DNA of 64,000 bases, from the NCBI GenBank assembly GCA_012513575.1, contig JAAZBX010000002.1, forward strand, positions 33,830 through 97,829, in the 5' to 3' direction. Below are positions 27,444 to 37,291 of the stretch, piece after piece. The DNA comes from Candidatus Dojkabacteria bacterium. GTDB lineage: Bacteria > Patescibacteriota > Dojkabacteria > SC72. The position numbers were made by a program, and so were the translations under genes. Under the pieces are notes generated by a model that was not told the DNA's origin, made no database searches, and saw nothing but the letters and a program-made list of their open reading frames with translations. Within the stretch, counting starts at the first letter, position 1. Every line of letters begins with the position of its first letter.

Positions 27444-30014
27444 TTATTCATACCTTAGTACCTCTGTTGGTTTTACTTTCAATGGCTTCCTGGAAACTAG
27501 AAATACTAGAACTAAAACAAGAATAATAATCCCTAAATCCATGGCTATAGAATTTTTGAAATCAAAATTTAATTTCTGATTAATCACAAACCCAAAAAAC
27601 TTTTCTCCATATCTATTAATAACCTCAGAAGCCACATAAGCCATAAGAGAAGCAAATACAGAAGTTATCACAGTCATTACACCATACTCTAACAAAACCA
27701 TCCATACTATCTCCTTCTGTACAAAACCCAAAGTCTTGTAAATTGCAAAATCCCTACTTCTACTCGTTACATCTAAAACAGTAACAATTATAATTAAAAT
27801 GACTCCTGCTAACAAAGCCAAGGAAGCGATACTAATAGAGAATCTTACCATTGTATCTAAAATCGCATTCATTTCCTCCTCAATCCTAAATGAACTCTCA
27901 ATCAATGTGTTTGGTAATTTTGCGACTTTCTCATAGAAAGGCTGATAATTCTCTTCCTTAACATTCAACCAATATTCTTTAACATATTTATTTATTCCCA
28001 AACTGTTGAATTTTTCTTTTGAAATAAAACCTCCTGCCGGTAGATATTTAATAGAACCTCCCTTATGTTCAGGCATTTCGTAAAGACCCGTTACTGGCAT
28101 TTTTGCTTCCTCTCCATTTATTAGCAAAGTAACTGTATCTCCAATTTTATACCAGCCTATATCATCAAAAGACACAATTTTTCCATCTCCAGTTTCTGTC
28201 ACTTTCCCAAGATTCCCTTCAACCAAATACTCTGCATTATTCCCAACCACTAGAGTAATAATGCCAGACATATCCCCTGCTACAATTTTCAATCTACCGC
28301 CTAAATCATTAAGATCTACACCGATAATTTCAGAAAAAGATTGGTTCTTCTCATCTAATTTTGCCTTATACATAACAAATCCTTTATCAACTCCATTCAT
28401 CTTTAACACTTTACCGTCATCTGTAGCACCATCCACCAACGATGTGACCACAACATTTGTATCAGCCTCTACTTCTTGATACCTATCCTTATACTCACCA
28501 CTCGCTGTGTTCACTAAAATCATAATGAAATTAACAGTAAACATACCAAGAAAAATGGCAACCATAGCAAAAACGATCTTCTTGTAACTCTGCCTCAAAC
28601 TATCCCATGTGAATTCTACAAAGTTATGACTCTTTACTGGAATCCTTAAAATCAAAAAGAATATTAACCTAAATAACAAAGAAAATAGAAGAAGCACAAT
28701 AGAGACTAGACCAACTGCGCCAAGACCATATTCTAGTGATTTTGTTAAAAAAATACTAATACCACAGAAGAGAAGCCCAACCATCAGAAATCTCAATACC
28801 CCTTTATTTTTAGAACTCTTATTCTGCCTTATATCCAAATCTTTCAAAGCATATGTCGGTTTCAGTTCTGCCACATTACTAATAGAGATATACGCAAAAA
28901 TAACTGAGGAAACAATACTAACTAGAAGCGAAAGACCAATAGCAACAAAATTCAAACTTTTGTTAAAATCCAAGATTTCCATCTCCCCAGTACTAATGAT
29001 CTCAAGAAGATACCTAAAGAAAATAAAGCCAAGCGATACCCCAACAACACTACCAATTATTGAAATTAAAGCAACTTCCAATAATAACATTGTTGAAATA
29101 TCTCTTTTGGTAAAACCAATGGATTTCATGATACCTATCTCTTTTCGCCTTTTGAGGATAATTGTATTAACAGCACTAGCAATACCAAAACTACCAACAA
29201 ACAAACCTAACACACTAAGCCCTTTTATAAGAGTAAATACTTTAATAGAACCTCTTGCACTATCTTTCTCTGCCTGATTTCTATCCCAAAAACTAACAGT
29301 AGCACCAACATCAGAAGGAAAAATACTCGCTATTCGAAATTTAATCTTATCAAAATCATCTCCTACAATATCTGCATAAAACGTATATGCCCTCTCACCC
29401 TTAAAAAGATTCTTATTCACATAGATATTTGTTGCAGAAGATAAGGGAGAAGTTGTAATCCCTATCAACTTTAATTGATGCATATCATACATATCAGATG
29501 AGTAGATTACAAAAGTATCCCCTATTTGGAGATTTCCCCTTTTGGCAAGGTTTCCCGACAAAATAGCACTATCTTGGATTCGTTCCAAGTCCCTAAAAGA
29601 AATATTCGGAGTTAGTACTTTCTTTGTTCCTTCAAGAGGAAACCTATTATCCTCATATCCTACAGGCAGAATATTTCTAGATTTCCCAAATCCCAAATTG
29701 TACATTCTGTGATTAATAGGAACACTTGTGTATGTAAACTCCTTAATTGCGCCATCTCTCTTCATTTCCTCTAATTTATTCTTTACAAGATTAAAATTCT
29801 CCTCATTTTGCTCCATTGGCGTTATAGTAATATCTCCTCCGATTGTCGCCCTAGGATTGTCATCAAGAGCTTCTCTCAAAGTCTCAGAAAGAGAGAGAAG
29901 AGACATTACACACAAAGATGAAAACATAACTGAGAGAGATATTATTGCAGCAACTATTCCAAGATATTTGATGGAGGATCTTGTTTTTTCAAAAAAGAAT
30001 TTTGTTTTATTCAT
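27444..30014 (-). CDS. ABC transporter permease with two FtsX domains (MacB/YtrF-like)
   Basis: 856 aa with two 4-TM FtsX-like modules separated by large periplasmic or extracellular domains. Overlaps the upstream ATPase gene by 8 nt. Confidence 0.7.
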   Translation of the reverse strand: MNKTKFFFEKTRSSIKYLGIVAAIISLSVMFSSLCVMSLLSLSETLREALDDNPRATIGGDITITPMEQNEENFNLVKNKLEEMKRDGAIKEFTYTSVPINHRMYNLGFGKSRNILPVGYEDNRFPLEGTKKVLTPNISFRDLERIQDSAILSGNLAKRGNLQIGDTFVIYSSDMYDMHQLKLIGITTSPLSSATNIYVNKNLFKGERAYTFYADIVGDDFDKIKFRIASIFPSDVGATVSFWDRNQAEKDSARGSIKVFTLIKGLSVLGLFVGSFGIASAVNTIILKRRKEIGIMKSIGFTKRDISTMLLLEVALISIIGSVVGVSLGFIFFRYLLEIISTGEMEILDFNKSLNFVAIGLSLLVSIVSSVIFAYISISNVAELKPTYALKDLDIRQNKSSKNKGVLRFLMVGLLFCGISIFLTKSLEYGLGAVGLVSIVLLLFSLLFRLIFFLILRIPVKSHNFVEFTWDSLRQSYKKIVFAMVAIFLGMFTVNFIMILVNTASGEYKDRYQEVEADTNVVVTSLVDGATDDGKVLKMNGVDKGFVMYKAKLDEKNQSFSEIIGVDLNDLGGRLKIVAGDMSGIITLVVGNNAEYLVEGNLGKVTETGDGKIVSFDDIGWYKIGDTVTLLINGEEAKMPVTGLYEMPEHKGGSIKYLPAGGFISKEKFNSLGINKYVKEYWLNVKEENYQPFYEKVAKLPNTLIESSFRIEEEMNAILDTMVRFSISIASLALLAGVILIIIVTVLDVTSRSRDFAIYKTLGFVQKEIVWMVLLEYGVMTVITSVFASLMAYVASEVINRYGEKFFGFVINQKLNFDFKNSIAMDLGIIILVLVLVFLVSRKPLKVKPTEVLRYE

Positions 30015-30681
30015 TTGCTATTATTCCATCAGAAATTTTAACTACTCTATCCGCTAATTTTGCAATTTCGTTATTATGTGTTGCCATTATTATAGTGAGA
30101 TGCATTTCTTTACTAACTTTTTGCATTAAATCTAAAATCTCTTTTCCTGTTTTAGCATCGAGGTTACCTGTAGGTTCGTCTGCTACAAGAATTTTAGGCT
30201 TATTTATCAATGCTCTTGCTATTGCCACTCTTTGTTGTTCACCTCCTGATAGTTCTCCTGGTTTGTGTGTTTCTCTGTGGGATAGACCAACCATGTTTAG
30301 TAGTTCTTTTGTTCTTTGATCTATTTCTTTAGAAGATAATTTATTCTTACCTGCATAAAGTGGCGCTTTTACATTTTGTATTGCATTTAAACTAGGAATT
30401 AGATTGTATGCTTGGAATATGATTCCTACATTTTTGTTTCTAAAGCGTGCTAGTTCATCTTCTTTCTTTTTTGAGATATCTTGACCATATATGAAGATAT
30501 CTCCAGATGTTGGAGAATCTATCCCTGCAAGAATGCCAAGTAATGTAGATTTACCAGAGCCTGATGGTCCCATTAAGGCAATGAATTCATCATCTCCTAT
30601 CTCTAAGTTTATACCTTTTAATACTTCTACTTTGTTTTTGTTTAAATCAAAAGACTTTGTGATATTTTTTAGTTGTATCAT
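30007..30681 (-). CDS. ABC transporter ATP-binding protein (MacB/LolD family)
   Basis: Walker A GPSGSGKST, signature LSGGEQQRVAIARAL, Walker B ILVADEPTGNLD. Confidence 0.9.
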   Translation of the reverse strand: MIQLKNITKSFDLNKNKVEVLKGINLEIGDDEFIALMGPSGSGKSTLLGILAGIDSPTSGDIFIYGQDISKKKEDELARFRNKNVGIIFQAYNLIPSLNAIQNVKAPLYAGKNKLSSKEIDQRTKELLNMVGLSHRETHKPGELSGGEQQRVAIARALINKPKILVADEPTGNLDAKTGKEILDLMQKVSKEMHLTIIMATHNNEIAKLADRVVKISDGIIANE

Positions 30682-30728
30682 TAAGATACGAAGTCAAATT
30701 AATGAGAGATAATAGCATGAAGAGATTG

Positions 30729-30774
30729 TTGCAACTACCAATTTACAGTTGCTCTTAGTCAACTTTCAGTTGCA
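30729..30774 (-). promoter_or_regulatory. Nested palindromes (TTGCAACT ... AGTTGCAA; GCAACT-N10-AGTTGC; CAACT-TTC-AGTTG) upstream of the ABC operon; candidate operator
   Basis: Three AGTTGC/GCAACT-containing inverted repeats lie within 46 nt, about 50-95 nt upstream of the ABC ATPase start. Confidence 0.3.
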
Positions 30775-30780
30775 ATTCGC

Positions 30781-30812
30781 AAAAAATAAAGGGAGGCAAG
30801 AAGCCTCCCTTT
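30781..30812 (-). terminator. Intrinsic terminator downstream of dnaK
   Basis: GGGAGGC-AAGAA-GCCTCCC stem-loop; on the minus strand it is followed by TTTATTTTTTG. Confidence 0.65.
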
Positions 30813-30831
30813 GAACCAGAGAAATTGAATA

Positions 30832-32742
30832 TTATTCAACTACCTCTCCCTCCTTTGCTTCTTCGTCCTTTTTATCCTCTTTCTCCTGTTTATCATCTTT
30901 TTTCTCTTCGTTTGATGAAGAAGCCTCTTTTGCAGCTGCCTCATAAATCTTTTTTCCTATCTCCTGCATTTCTTTCTCTAACTCTTCTGTTTTGCTCTCA
31001 ACCTCCTCAACATCAAAATCATCTTTTGATATAAGATCTTTAATCGCTTGGGCTTTCTCTTTAAGACTCTTTTGCTCTTCCTCAGAAACCTTGTCCTTAT
31101 TCTCATCAATGAGTTTTTCTGCACTAAAAGCTACAGTATCAGCATTGTTTCTTTTCTCAGCTCTTTCCTTTTTCTTTTTGTCTTCTTCAGCATTCTTCTC
31201 AGCTTCTTCAACCATTTTATTTATTTCCTCCTCTTTCAATCCTGTAGATGCAGTGATTGTAATCTTTTGCTCTTTTTTGGTACCCAAGTCCAACGCTTTA
31301 ACATTTAATATACCATTTGCATCTATAGAGAAAGTAACTTCAATTTGAGGAACTCCTCTGGGTGCTGGTAAAATTCCTTCAAGAAGAAATCTTCCTAAAG
31401 TTTTATTGTCAGCAGCCATTTCTCTCTCCCCCTGTAGAACATGAATCTCTACACCTGGCTGATTATCTGCTGCCGTGGAGAAAATTTGTTTTTTCTCTAC
31501 TGGGATTGTTGTATTTCTTTCAATTAATTTTGTAAACACACCTCCCAAGGTCTCAAGACCAAGAGATAAAGGTGTTACATCTAATAGAGTAATATCTTTA
31601 ATATCTCCTCCAAGTACTCCTGCTTGGATTGCTGCACCTTGAGCAACAACTTCATCAGGATTTACTCCCTTATTAGGTTCTTTCTCAAAAATCTCTTTAA
31701 CTTTCTTAATAACGGCAGGCATTCTAGTCATTCCTCCAACCAAGAGGACTTCATCTATATCTTTCTTGTCTAAATGGGCATCTTTAAGAGCTTTCTCGCA
31801 TGGTTTTACTGTCTTCTCAATTAACTCAGCAGTCAATTTTTCCAATTGAGATCTTGTTAACTTCTCCTTAAGATGTTTTGGGCCTTTATCAGTTGCTGTT
31901 ATGTAAGGGATATTAATCTCAGTTTCCTCCGAAGTTGAAAGCTCAATTTTGGCCTTCTCTGCTGCTTCTCTCAATCTTTGAAGGCCAGTTCTATCATTTC
32001 TTAAATCCATACTCTCCTTCTTCTCAAACTCATCTGCAAGGTAATTAATAATTACTTGATCAAAGTCATCTCCACCAAGATGTGTATCTCCGTTAGTTGA
32101 AAGAACTTCAAAAACACCATCACCCATTTCCAAGATTGAAATGTCAAATGTTCCCCCACCCAAATCAAAGACTGCTATCTTTTGATCTTTCTTGTCATCT
32201 AGACCATACGCCAGAGCTGCTGCAGTAGGTTCATTGACAATTCTCTTAACCTCTAAACCTGCAATTTTACCGGCATCTTTCGTTGCTTGTCTTTGAGAGT
32301 CATCAAAATATGCTGGGACAGTAATTACAGCTTCTTTTATATCCTGACCTAAATACTCTTCTGCATCTTTCTTCATTTTGGCAAGAACCTTTGCAGAAAT
32401 TTCCTGTGGTGTATACCACTTATCTCCCATTTTAACTTCAACTCCACCATTCGAAGCTTTTCTCATTTCAAAGGGCAATGTTTTTACATCTCTCTTGACC
32501 TCAGGATCGTCCCAACTTCTTCCTATCAGTCTTTTAACAGAGTATATCGTTCCTTCTGGATTAATTACTGATTGATTTTTTGCTGGAGTCCCAACCAACA
32601 CCTCTCCCTTATCATCTTGGGCAACAACTGAAGGTGTAAGCCTACTCCCTTGGGCATTAGAAATTATGTTGGGCTTACCACCCTCCATAAATGCCATAAC
32701 TGAGTTTGTAGTTCCGAGGTCTATTCCGATAATTTTTGACAT
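30832..32742 (-). CDS. dnaK: Chaperone DnaK (Hsp70)
   Basis: [18 protein letters not shown], and a K/E-rich C-terminus. 636 aa. Confidence 0.97.
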   Translation of the reverse strand: MSKIIGIDLGTTNSVMAFMEGGKPNIISNAQGSRLTPSVVAQDDKGEVLVGTPAKNQSVINPEGTIYSVKRLIGRSWDDPEVKRDVKTLPFEMRKASNGGVEVKMGDKWYTPQEISAKVLAKMKKDAEEYLGQDIKEAVITVPAYFDDSQRQATKDAGKIAGLEVKRIVNEPTAAALAYGLDDKKDQKIAVFDLGGGTFDISILEMGDGVFEVLSTNGDTHLGGDDFDQVIINYLADEFEKKESMDLRNDRTGLQRLREAAEKAKIELSTSEETEINIPYITATDKGPKHLKEKLTRSQLEKLTAELIEKTVKPCEKALKDAHLDKKDIDEVLLVGGMTRMPAVIKKVKEIFEKEPNKGVNPDEVVAQGAAIQAGVLGGDIKDITLLDVTPLSLGLETLGGVFTKLIERNTTIPVEKKQIFSTAADNQPGVEIHVLQGEREMAADNKTLGRFLLEGILPAPRGVPQIEVTFSIDANGILNVKALDLGTKKEQKITITASTGLKEEEINKMVEEAEKNAEEDKKKKERAEKRNNADTVAFSAEKLIDENKDKVSEEEQKSLKEKAQAIKDLISKDDFDVEEVESKTEELEKEMQEIGKKIYEAAAKEASSSNEEKKDDKQEKEDKKDEEAKEGEVVE

Positions 32743-32769
32743 ATTTTTTATTTTTAAAAATTAATTCAA

Positions 32770-33318
32770 TTATTTAGACACAATCACTTTTGAAGTTCGA
32801 ATAACTATATCGTCAAGAGTATATCCAGGTTGTATTACCGAAGTAATTTCCCCTGGTTTACCATCTTGTGAAATAGCTAGTGCTTCATGTATAGATGTAT
32901 CAAACATATCTCCGATATTAGGGAGATATGTTTTTAAACCTATACCCTCGAATGATTTCTTCATTGACTCAAAAATGGCTAAAACGCCCTCAAACCATGA
33001 CTTTTCTTTATCATCTAATTTTAATGTCTTCTCACTTTCAATGCTCAATGCAATCGAATCTATAACTGGCATAAAATCTTCACACAATTTCTTTTTCAGA
33101 TTAAAAATACTTAATGCCTGCCTTTTCCCCATACTTGCAGTCAAGTTATGGTAATCCGCAAGAGCTTTTTTCAATTGATTTTCCACTACTAACTTCTCAT
33201 CTTCTACCTTGTCAATAGTAGCAACCAATTCAGCGATTTTCTTCTCATAATTTTGCACATTTGTATCATCAATATTTTTGCGCTTACTCATAACAGTATT
33301 AATTGAATTTATCTCCAT
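32770..33318 (-). CDS. grpE: Nucleotide exchange factor GrpE
   Basis: 182 aa with a coiled-coil N-terminus and a C-terminal beta domain. Lies between hrcA and dnaK. Confidence 0.75.
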   Translation of the reverse strand: MEINSINTVMSKRKNIDDTNVQNYEKKIAELVATIDKVEDEKLVVENQLKKALADYHNLTASMGKRQALSIFNLKKKLCEDFMPVIDSIALSIESEKTLKLDDKEKSWFEGVLAIFESMKKSFEGIGLKTYLPNIGDMFDTSIHEALAISQDGKPGEITSVIQPGYTLDDIVIRTSKVIVSK

Positions 33319-34037
33319 CCAGACATAGATGTCTGCAATGCATTTCTGACTTCATTTAAAGCCGGAATTACAATAGAGTAATCCATTCTCTTGGAACCGA
33401 TTACTCCAACATATGAATGATTCTGATCCCAAAATGGAATTCGGATAAAAGCTATTGCACAATCAGTAAATTCTTTTACCCCAGATTCTCCACCAATCAA
33501 AAGTGACACTCCCGAATTTGTGAATTTGCTCACCATATTCCTAAGATAGTTTTCATCTTCGAGAATGTTAATTACTTTCTTTAGCTTCTCGATATTTTCT
33601 CCGAATTCGGAATATTTAAAAAGCTGAGAAACTCCGAAATACCTAATTTGGTTGTCAAGAATAAGAAATACCAAGCTTTCAGTTTCTTTTGACAAGATAT
33701 CTAATATGGATTTAATAACAACATCTTTATCAAACCTATCCCTATAAATACCCTGTCTGATTTCTACGCTCACCATTGGGTTCAACTCTCTCCTCCCAAG
33801 GAAATTTGTTACATACAGTCTTAGAGCTTGGTCAGTAGGAAGCCTTCCGGAAGATATATGACTTTTTTCTAATAAGCCCAACCCCATGAGCTTTACCATT
33901 TCATTTCTGATTGTTGCAGAGCTTACACCGAGATCATATTTTTCAACGAGCGACAACGAACCCACCTCTTCTGCTTCTTCCATAAATTCACGTATTACAG
34001 CACGTAGTATTTCTTTTTGTCTTTCTGTTAATTCCAC
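33309..34037 (-). CDS. hrcA: Heat-inducible transcription repressor HrcA (GTG start)
   Basis: ELTERQKEILRAVIREF...VGS...SSATIRNEM pattern aligns with the B. subtilis HrcA N-terminus. GTG start at 34037. Confidence 0.8.
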   Translation of the reverse strand: MELTERQKEILRAVIREFMEEAEEVGSLSLVEKYDLGVSSATIRNEMVKLMGLGLLEKSHISSGRLPTDQALRLYVTNFLGRRELNPMVSVEIRQGIYRDRFDKDVVIKSILDILSKETESLVFLILDNQIRYFGVSQLFKYSEFGENIEKLKKVINILEDENYLRNMVSKFTNSGVSLLIGGESGVKEFTDCAIAFIRIPFWDQNHSYVGVIGSKRMDYSIVIPALNEVRNALQTSMSGWR

Positions 34038-34038
34038 C

Positions 34039-34065
34039 TTAGCAGATAGTTAGTTTATTTGCTAA
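34039..34065 (-). promoter_or_regulatory. CIRCE-like HrcA operator immediately upstream of hrcA
   Basis: Gene-strand sequence TTAGCAAAT-AAACTAACT-ATCTGCTAA (9-N9-9 inverted repeat), 1 nt from the GTG start. Confidence 0.5.
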
Positions 34066-34093
34066 GTATATTATGAGCAGACTTGACTGTCAA
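34065..34093 (-). promoter_or_regulatory. Putative hrcA promoter: TTGACA-N17-TATACT
   Basis: On the gene strand, TTGACA (34093-34088, inside the palindrome CTTGAC-A-GTCAAG), a 17-nt spacer, and TATACT (34070-34065) abutting the CIRCE-like repeat. Confidence 0.4.
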
Positions 34094-34149
34094 GTGCTTA
34101 TCCATTTGCAGTATATATCATCATTTTAATCACTATTATTAACAATTTA

Positions 34150-34671
34150 GTGATATACTTTTCTACGATGGAAAATGAAATTGAAACAAAAGGTGAGAAT
34201 TTAGACTCTACAATAGAGGAAATAAACCAGCAAATAACCAACCAAGTACTGGCTGAATATCCTAAGTATTTTGAAGAATATCTTCTTGATGATGGTAGCA
34301 ATATTGCCCTCCTACAAAACAATAGAAGAATACCCGAGGAAGATAAGGAAATATTGCCTCCTTACCAATTTATTGCATTGTCAAAATATGGTCTTACAGA
34401 ATTTAACTGTTCCTACTCACCTCTTGAATGGGAAAGAACCAAAAAAGCTATTATGCTCCTTATTGAGTTAAGTTGTGGAGAAGAGATTAAGGATATGGTT
34501 GTATCACATTGGCACGCATTTCACAGAATAAGGAAAACCAAGGGCCTAATTAAATTAAAAAAGAATATTAAATCAGTATTAATTACTGGTGTAAATATGC
34601 TATTCGAGGTTAAAGATTTTTACTACAATACACTTCTATCAACAAACCTAGGAAAGCTTGATGAAAGTTAA
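34150..34671 (+). CDS. Hypothetical protein
   Basis: 173-aa ORF with no TM and no recognised motif. The start may be the second Met (MENEIE) at 34168. Confidence 0.35.
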   Translation: MIYFSTMENEIETKGENLDSTIEEINQQITNQVLAEYPKYFEEYLLDDGSNIALLQNNRRIPEEDKEILPPYQFIALSKYGLTEFNCSYSPLEWERTKKAIMLLIELSCGEEIKDMVVSHWHAFHRIRKTKGLIKLKKNIKSVLITGVNMLFEVKDFYYNTLLSTNLGKLDES

Positions 34672-34695
34672 TTTATCTGATATACTCCTCACATT

Positions 34696-35346
34696 ATGGA
34701 AAAAGTCAAATTTCTCGAAAGAGATTTAAATGGAAAGAAAAATAAAATTTTGCTCAAAGATGGGTTCGTACCAGCAGTAGTTTATAATGCCAAGACTGAA
34801 TCTAAAAATATTATGTTAGACACATCAACGGCAAAACAGATACTTAAGAACGCTACATCTACAACAATTCTTGACACCGAACTTGATGGAAAAAGTTTTA
34901 AGGTTGTAGTTAAAGAAATTGATATTAATCCAATTACCGAAGAATTAAGACACATCTCATTCTTTGAAATTGATGAGAGCAAAGATATGGTGTTTTCAAT
35001 TCCATTTGAAATCATTGGCATATCTCCAGCTGTTAAGAATAATCTTGGTGTCCTTGTTGAGGTTATGGACTCCATTGAGGTAAGATGTAAAGTTAATGAT
35101 CTTATCCCTTCTATTAAAGTTGATATTTCTGGATTAGAACATCCTGGGCAATCGATATCTATCGACGAATTAGAGATTCCAAAAGATATTTCTTTGATTA
35201 ATGAAGAACTAAAAAATGCGACAGTTGTTACTATTACAGAAATGCAGGAGGAAATTGTTTCAACTCCGACAGAAAGTGAGACAACAACTGCAGAAGCTTC
35301 AACCGAAACAGAGGGTTCAACAGAGACTCAAGCAGCTTCTGAATAG
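34696..35346 (+). CDS. rplY: 50S ribosomal protein L25/general stress protein Ctc
   Basis: RDLNGKKNKILLKDGFVPAVVYN ... RHISFFEI pattern matches L25/Ctc. The acidic C-terminal tail is typical of Ctc-type proteins. Confidence 0.75.
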   Translation: MEKVKFLERDLNGKKNKILLKDGFVPAVVYNAKTESKNIMLDTSTAKQILKNATSTTILDTELDGKSFKVVVKEIDINPITEELRHISFFEIDESKDMVFSIPFEIIGISPAVKNNLGVLVEVMDSIEVRCKVNDLIPSIKVDISGLEHPGQSISIDELEIPKDISLINEELKNATVVTITEMQEEIVSTPTESETTTAEASTETEGSTETQAASE

Positions 35347-35363
35347 ATTTATTAAATAAATAA

Positions 35364-36302
35364 ATGATTAGTGTAATCATCGCTTCATTTAAAGAACCTA
35401 AAACCATTGGAAGATGTATTTCATGTATTGCAAATAAAAAATATTCTAGTATTCCTAATGATTTTGAAATTATCCAAGTCTCTCCAGATTCTGCGACATT
35501 AAATGCTGGAAGAAAGGAAGCAAATAAGTATAAGCTTGGGAAAAGATATATTCAAATTAAGGATCCGAGGAAGGGAAAACCATATGCTCTAAGAATGGCT
35601 TTTAAAAAAGCTAAAGGAGATATTTTGATATTAACCGATGGCGATACCTATTTTGATAGAAACAGTGTTTCTAAATTACTTGAGCCATTTGAAAACAAGA
35701 AAGTTGGAGGTGTTAGTGGGAGACCAGTTTCAGGTGATAATAGAAATAATATCTTCGGGTACTGGGGACATCTCCTTTCAGACTCTGCACACGATAGAAG
35801 AACAAAGACTATGAAATTGGTTAGTGGCAAGGATTACTACATTAGCAAAGAGAATTTTTTCCCAATGAGTGGATATATTATGGCTGTGAAGAATTTGGAC
35901 ATAAAGTTACCAAGTAACGCTCTCTCAGATGATGCATATATGTCCTACTATGTAAGGAATTTAGGAATGGAAATAGCATACGCACCGAAAGCTGTGTGTT
36001 TTGTGAAGTATCCAAGAAGTTTGAAGGACTATATGAAGCAGAAAGTAAGGTCACTCGGAGGTTTTACCCAGTTAAAACAAATGGGTATTTTCAAAAAGGA
36101 TAAGCAATCAAGAAGTTTTGGTATTGAATTAAGATATGCTGGATTTGTATTTAAATATGCGAAGAATTTTAGAGAATTCTTCTGGTCTCTTCTTCTCTTC
36201 CCCGTTAGACTTTTAACATGGATAAAGATCTTTTGGGAGAGGACTATTCTTAGAAAAGATATGCCCAAAAGTGGGTGGGAGAGGATAGAAAGTACAAAAT
36301 AA
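35364..36302 (+). CDS. Family 2 glycosyltransferase
   Basis: ISVIIASFKEP start and a DGD (DxD) motif (LILTDGDTYFD), typical of the GT-A fold. Confidence 0.7.
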   Translation: MISVIIASFKEPKTIGRCISCIANKKYSSIPNDFEIIQVSPDSATLNAGRKEANKYKLGKRYIQIKDPRKGKPYALRMAFKKAKGDILILTDGDTYFDRNSVSKLLEPFENKKVGGVSGRPVSGDNRNNIFGYWGHLLSDSAHDRRTKTMKLVSGKDYYISKENFFPMSGYIMAVKNLDIKLPSNALSDDAYMSYYVRNLGMEIAYAPKAVCFVKYPRSLKDYMKQKVRSLGGFTQLKQMGIFKKDKQSRSFGIELRYAGFVFKYAKNFREFFWSLLLFPVRLLTWIKIFWERTILRKDMPKSGWERIESTK

Positions 36303-36327
36303 AAAAGAGAGGGTATTACCCCTCTCC
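36296..36327 (-). terminator. Intrinsic terminator downstream of rpsG (end of the rpoB-rpoC-rpsL-rpsG operon)
   Basis: GAGAGGG-TATTAC-CCCTCTC stem-loop; on the minus strand it is followed by TTTTTTATTTTGT. Confidence 0.55.
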
Positions 36328-36353
36328 CCTTAATTACCTATTCGTTATTAAGA

Positions 36354-36824
36354 CTACCACCTAAAATGTGCAAATGCTTTATTTGCTTCGGCCATCTTTT
36401 CTGTATCCTCCTTCTTTCTAACTGCATCACCTTCACCTTTGTAAGCATCTACTAACTGATCACATAGAATTTCATCAAAAGATTTTCCACTCTTTTTTCT
36501 TGAAGCTTCTACAACCCATCTTACTGCCAATGTTTCCTGTCTTCTTGGTGAAACAGGCATAGGAACCTGATAGTTTGCTCCACCAACCCTTCTTGCCTTT
36601 ATTTCCAAAGCTGGCCTAACATTGTCAATTGCTTTGTTTACAAAGGAAACAACATCTTCTTCTTTTGCAATCTTTGATCCCTTTTCAATTGCGGCATATA
36701 CCAAATCTTCTGCAAGACTCTTCTTCCCATCTTGCATTACTTTTGAAATAAATCTTGCAATAATTGGATTTGAATATTTTCTATCTAATTTTAAACTTCT
36801 TCTTTTAGCTCTTTTACCTCTCAT
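36354..36824 (-). CDS. rpsG: 30S ribosomal protein S7
   Basis: 156 aa, ends in the conserved S7 C-terminus (AFAHFRW). Confidence 0.95.
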   Translation of the reverse strand: MRGKRAKRRSLKLDRKYSNPIIARFISKVMQDGKKSLAEDLVYAAIEKGSKIAKEEDVVSFVNKAIDNVRPALEIKARRVGGANYQVPMPVSPRRQETLAVRWVVEASRKKSGKSFDEILCDQLVDAYKGEGDAVRKKEDTEKMAEANKAFAHFRW

Positions 36825-36846
36825 ATAAATATCTTTTAATTAAAAA

Positions 36847-37266
36847 CTATTTCTCAGCGTCCTCTCTTTTAACGCCATATTTTGATCTTGCTTTTTTCCT
36901 GCCTTTTACTCCTGCGGTATCATACTTTCCTCTTACAATAATATATTTAACACCTGGCAAGTCTCTTTTTCTCCCTGCCTTCAAAAGAACAACTGAGTGC
37001 TCTTGAAGATTATGACCTTCACCAGGAATATACGCAGTAACCTCCATACCATTAGACATCCTTACTCTAGCGACTTTTCTAAGTGCAGAGTTTGGTTTCT
37101 TTGGTGTCATTGTTTTTACTTGCAAACACACACCCCTCTTAAATGGGTTTGGTGTTTTCTTATATCTATTCTTCAAAGGATTAAAGTCTCTAGCAAGTTG
37201 AATATGCTTTGCTTTCTTCTTTGCAGATTTTCTAGGTTTTCTAACTAATTGGTTTATTGTTGGCAT
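36847..37266 (-). CDS. rpsL: 30S ribosomal protein S12 (with about 14-aa insertion near the N-terminus)
   Basis: [10 protein letters not shown]...[10 protein letters not shown]...[13 protein letters not shown]...[10 protein letters not shown]. Confidence 0.95.
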   Translation of the reverse strand: MPTINQLVRKPRKSAKKKAKHIQLARDFNPLKNRYKKTPNPFKRGVCLQVKTMTPKKPNSALRKVARVRMSNGMEVTAYIPGEGHNLQEHSVVLLKAGRKRDLPGVKYIIVRGKYDTAGVKGRKKARSKYGVKREDAEK

Positions 37267-37291
37267 GGTGTGTATTATATAACAAAATCAA

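Noticed and set aside
30992-31348. Plus-strand ORFs (118 and 86 aa) inside dnaK, and similar short ORFs inside rpoB, rpoC, the ABC permease, thyX, glyA and folD
   Set aside because: They are antisense to well-supported housekeeping genes and have a Ser/Leu/Phe-rich composition typical of the complementary strand of AT-rich coding DNA.
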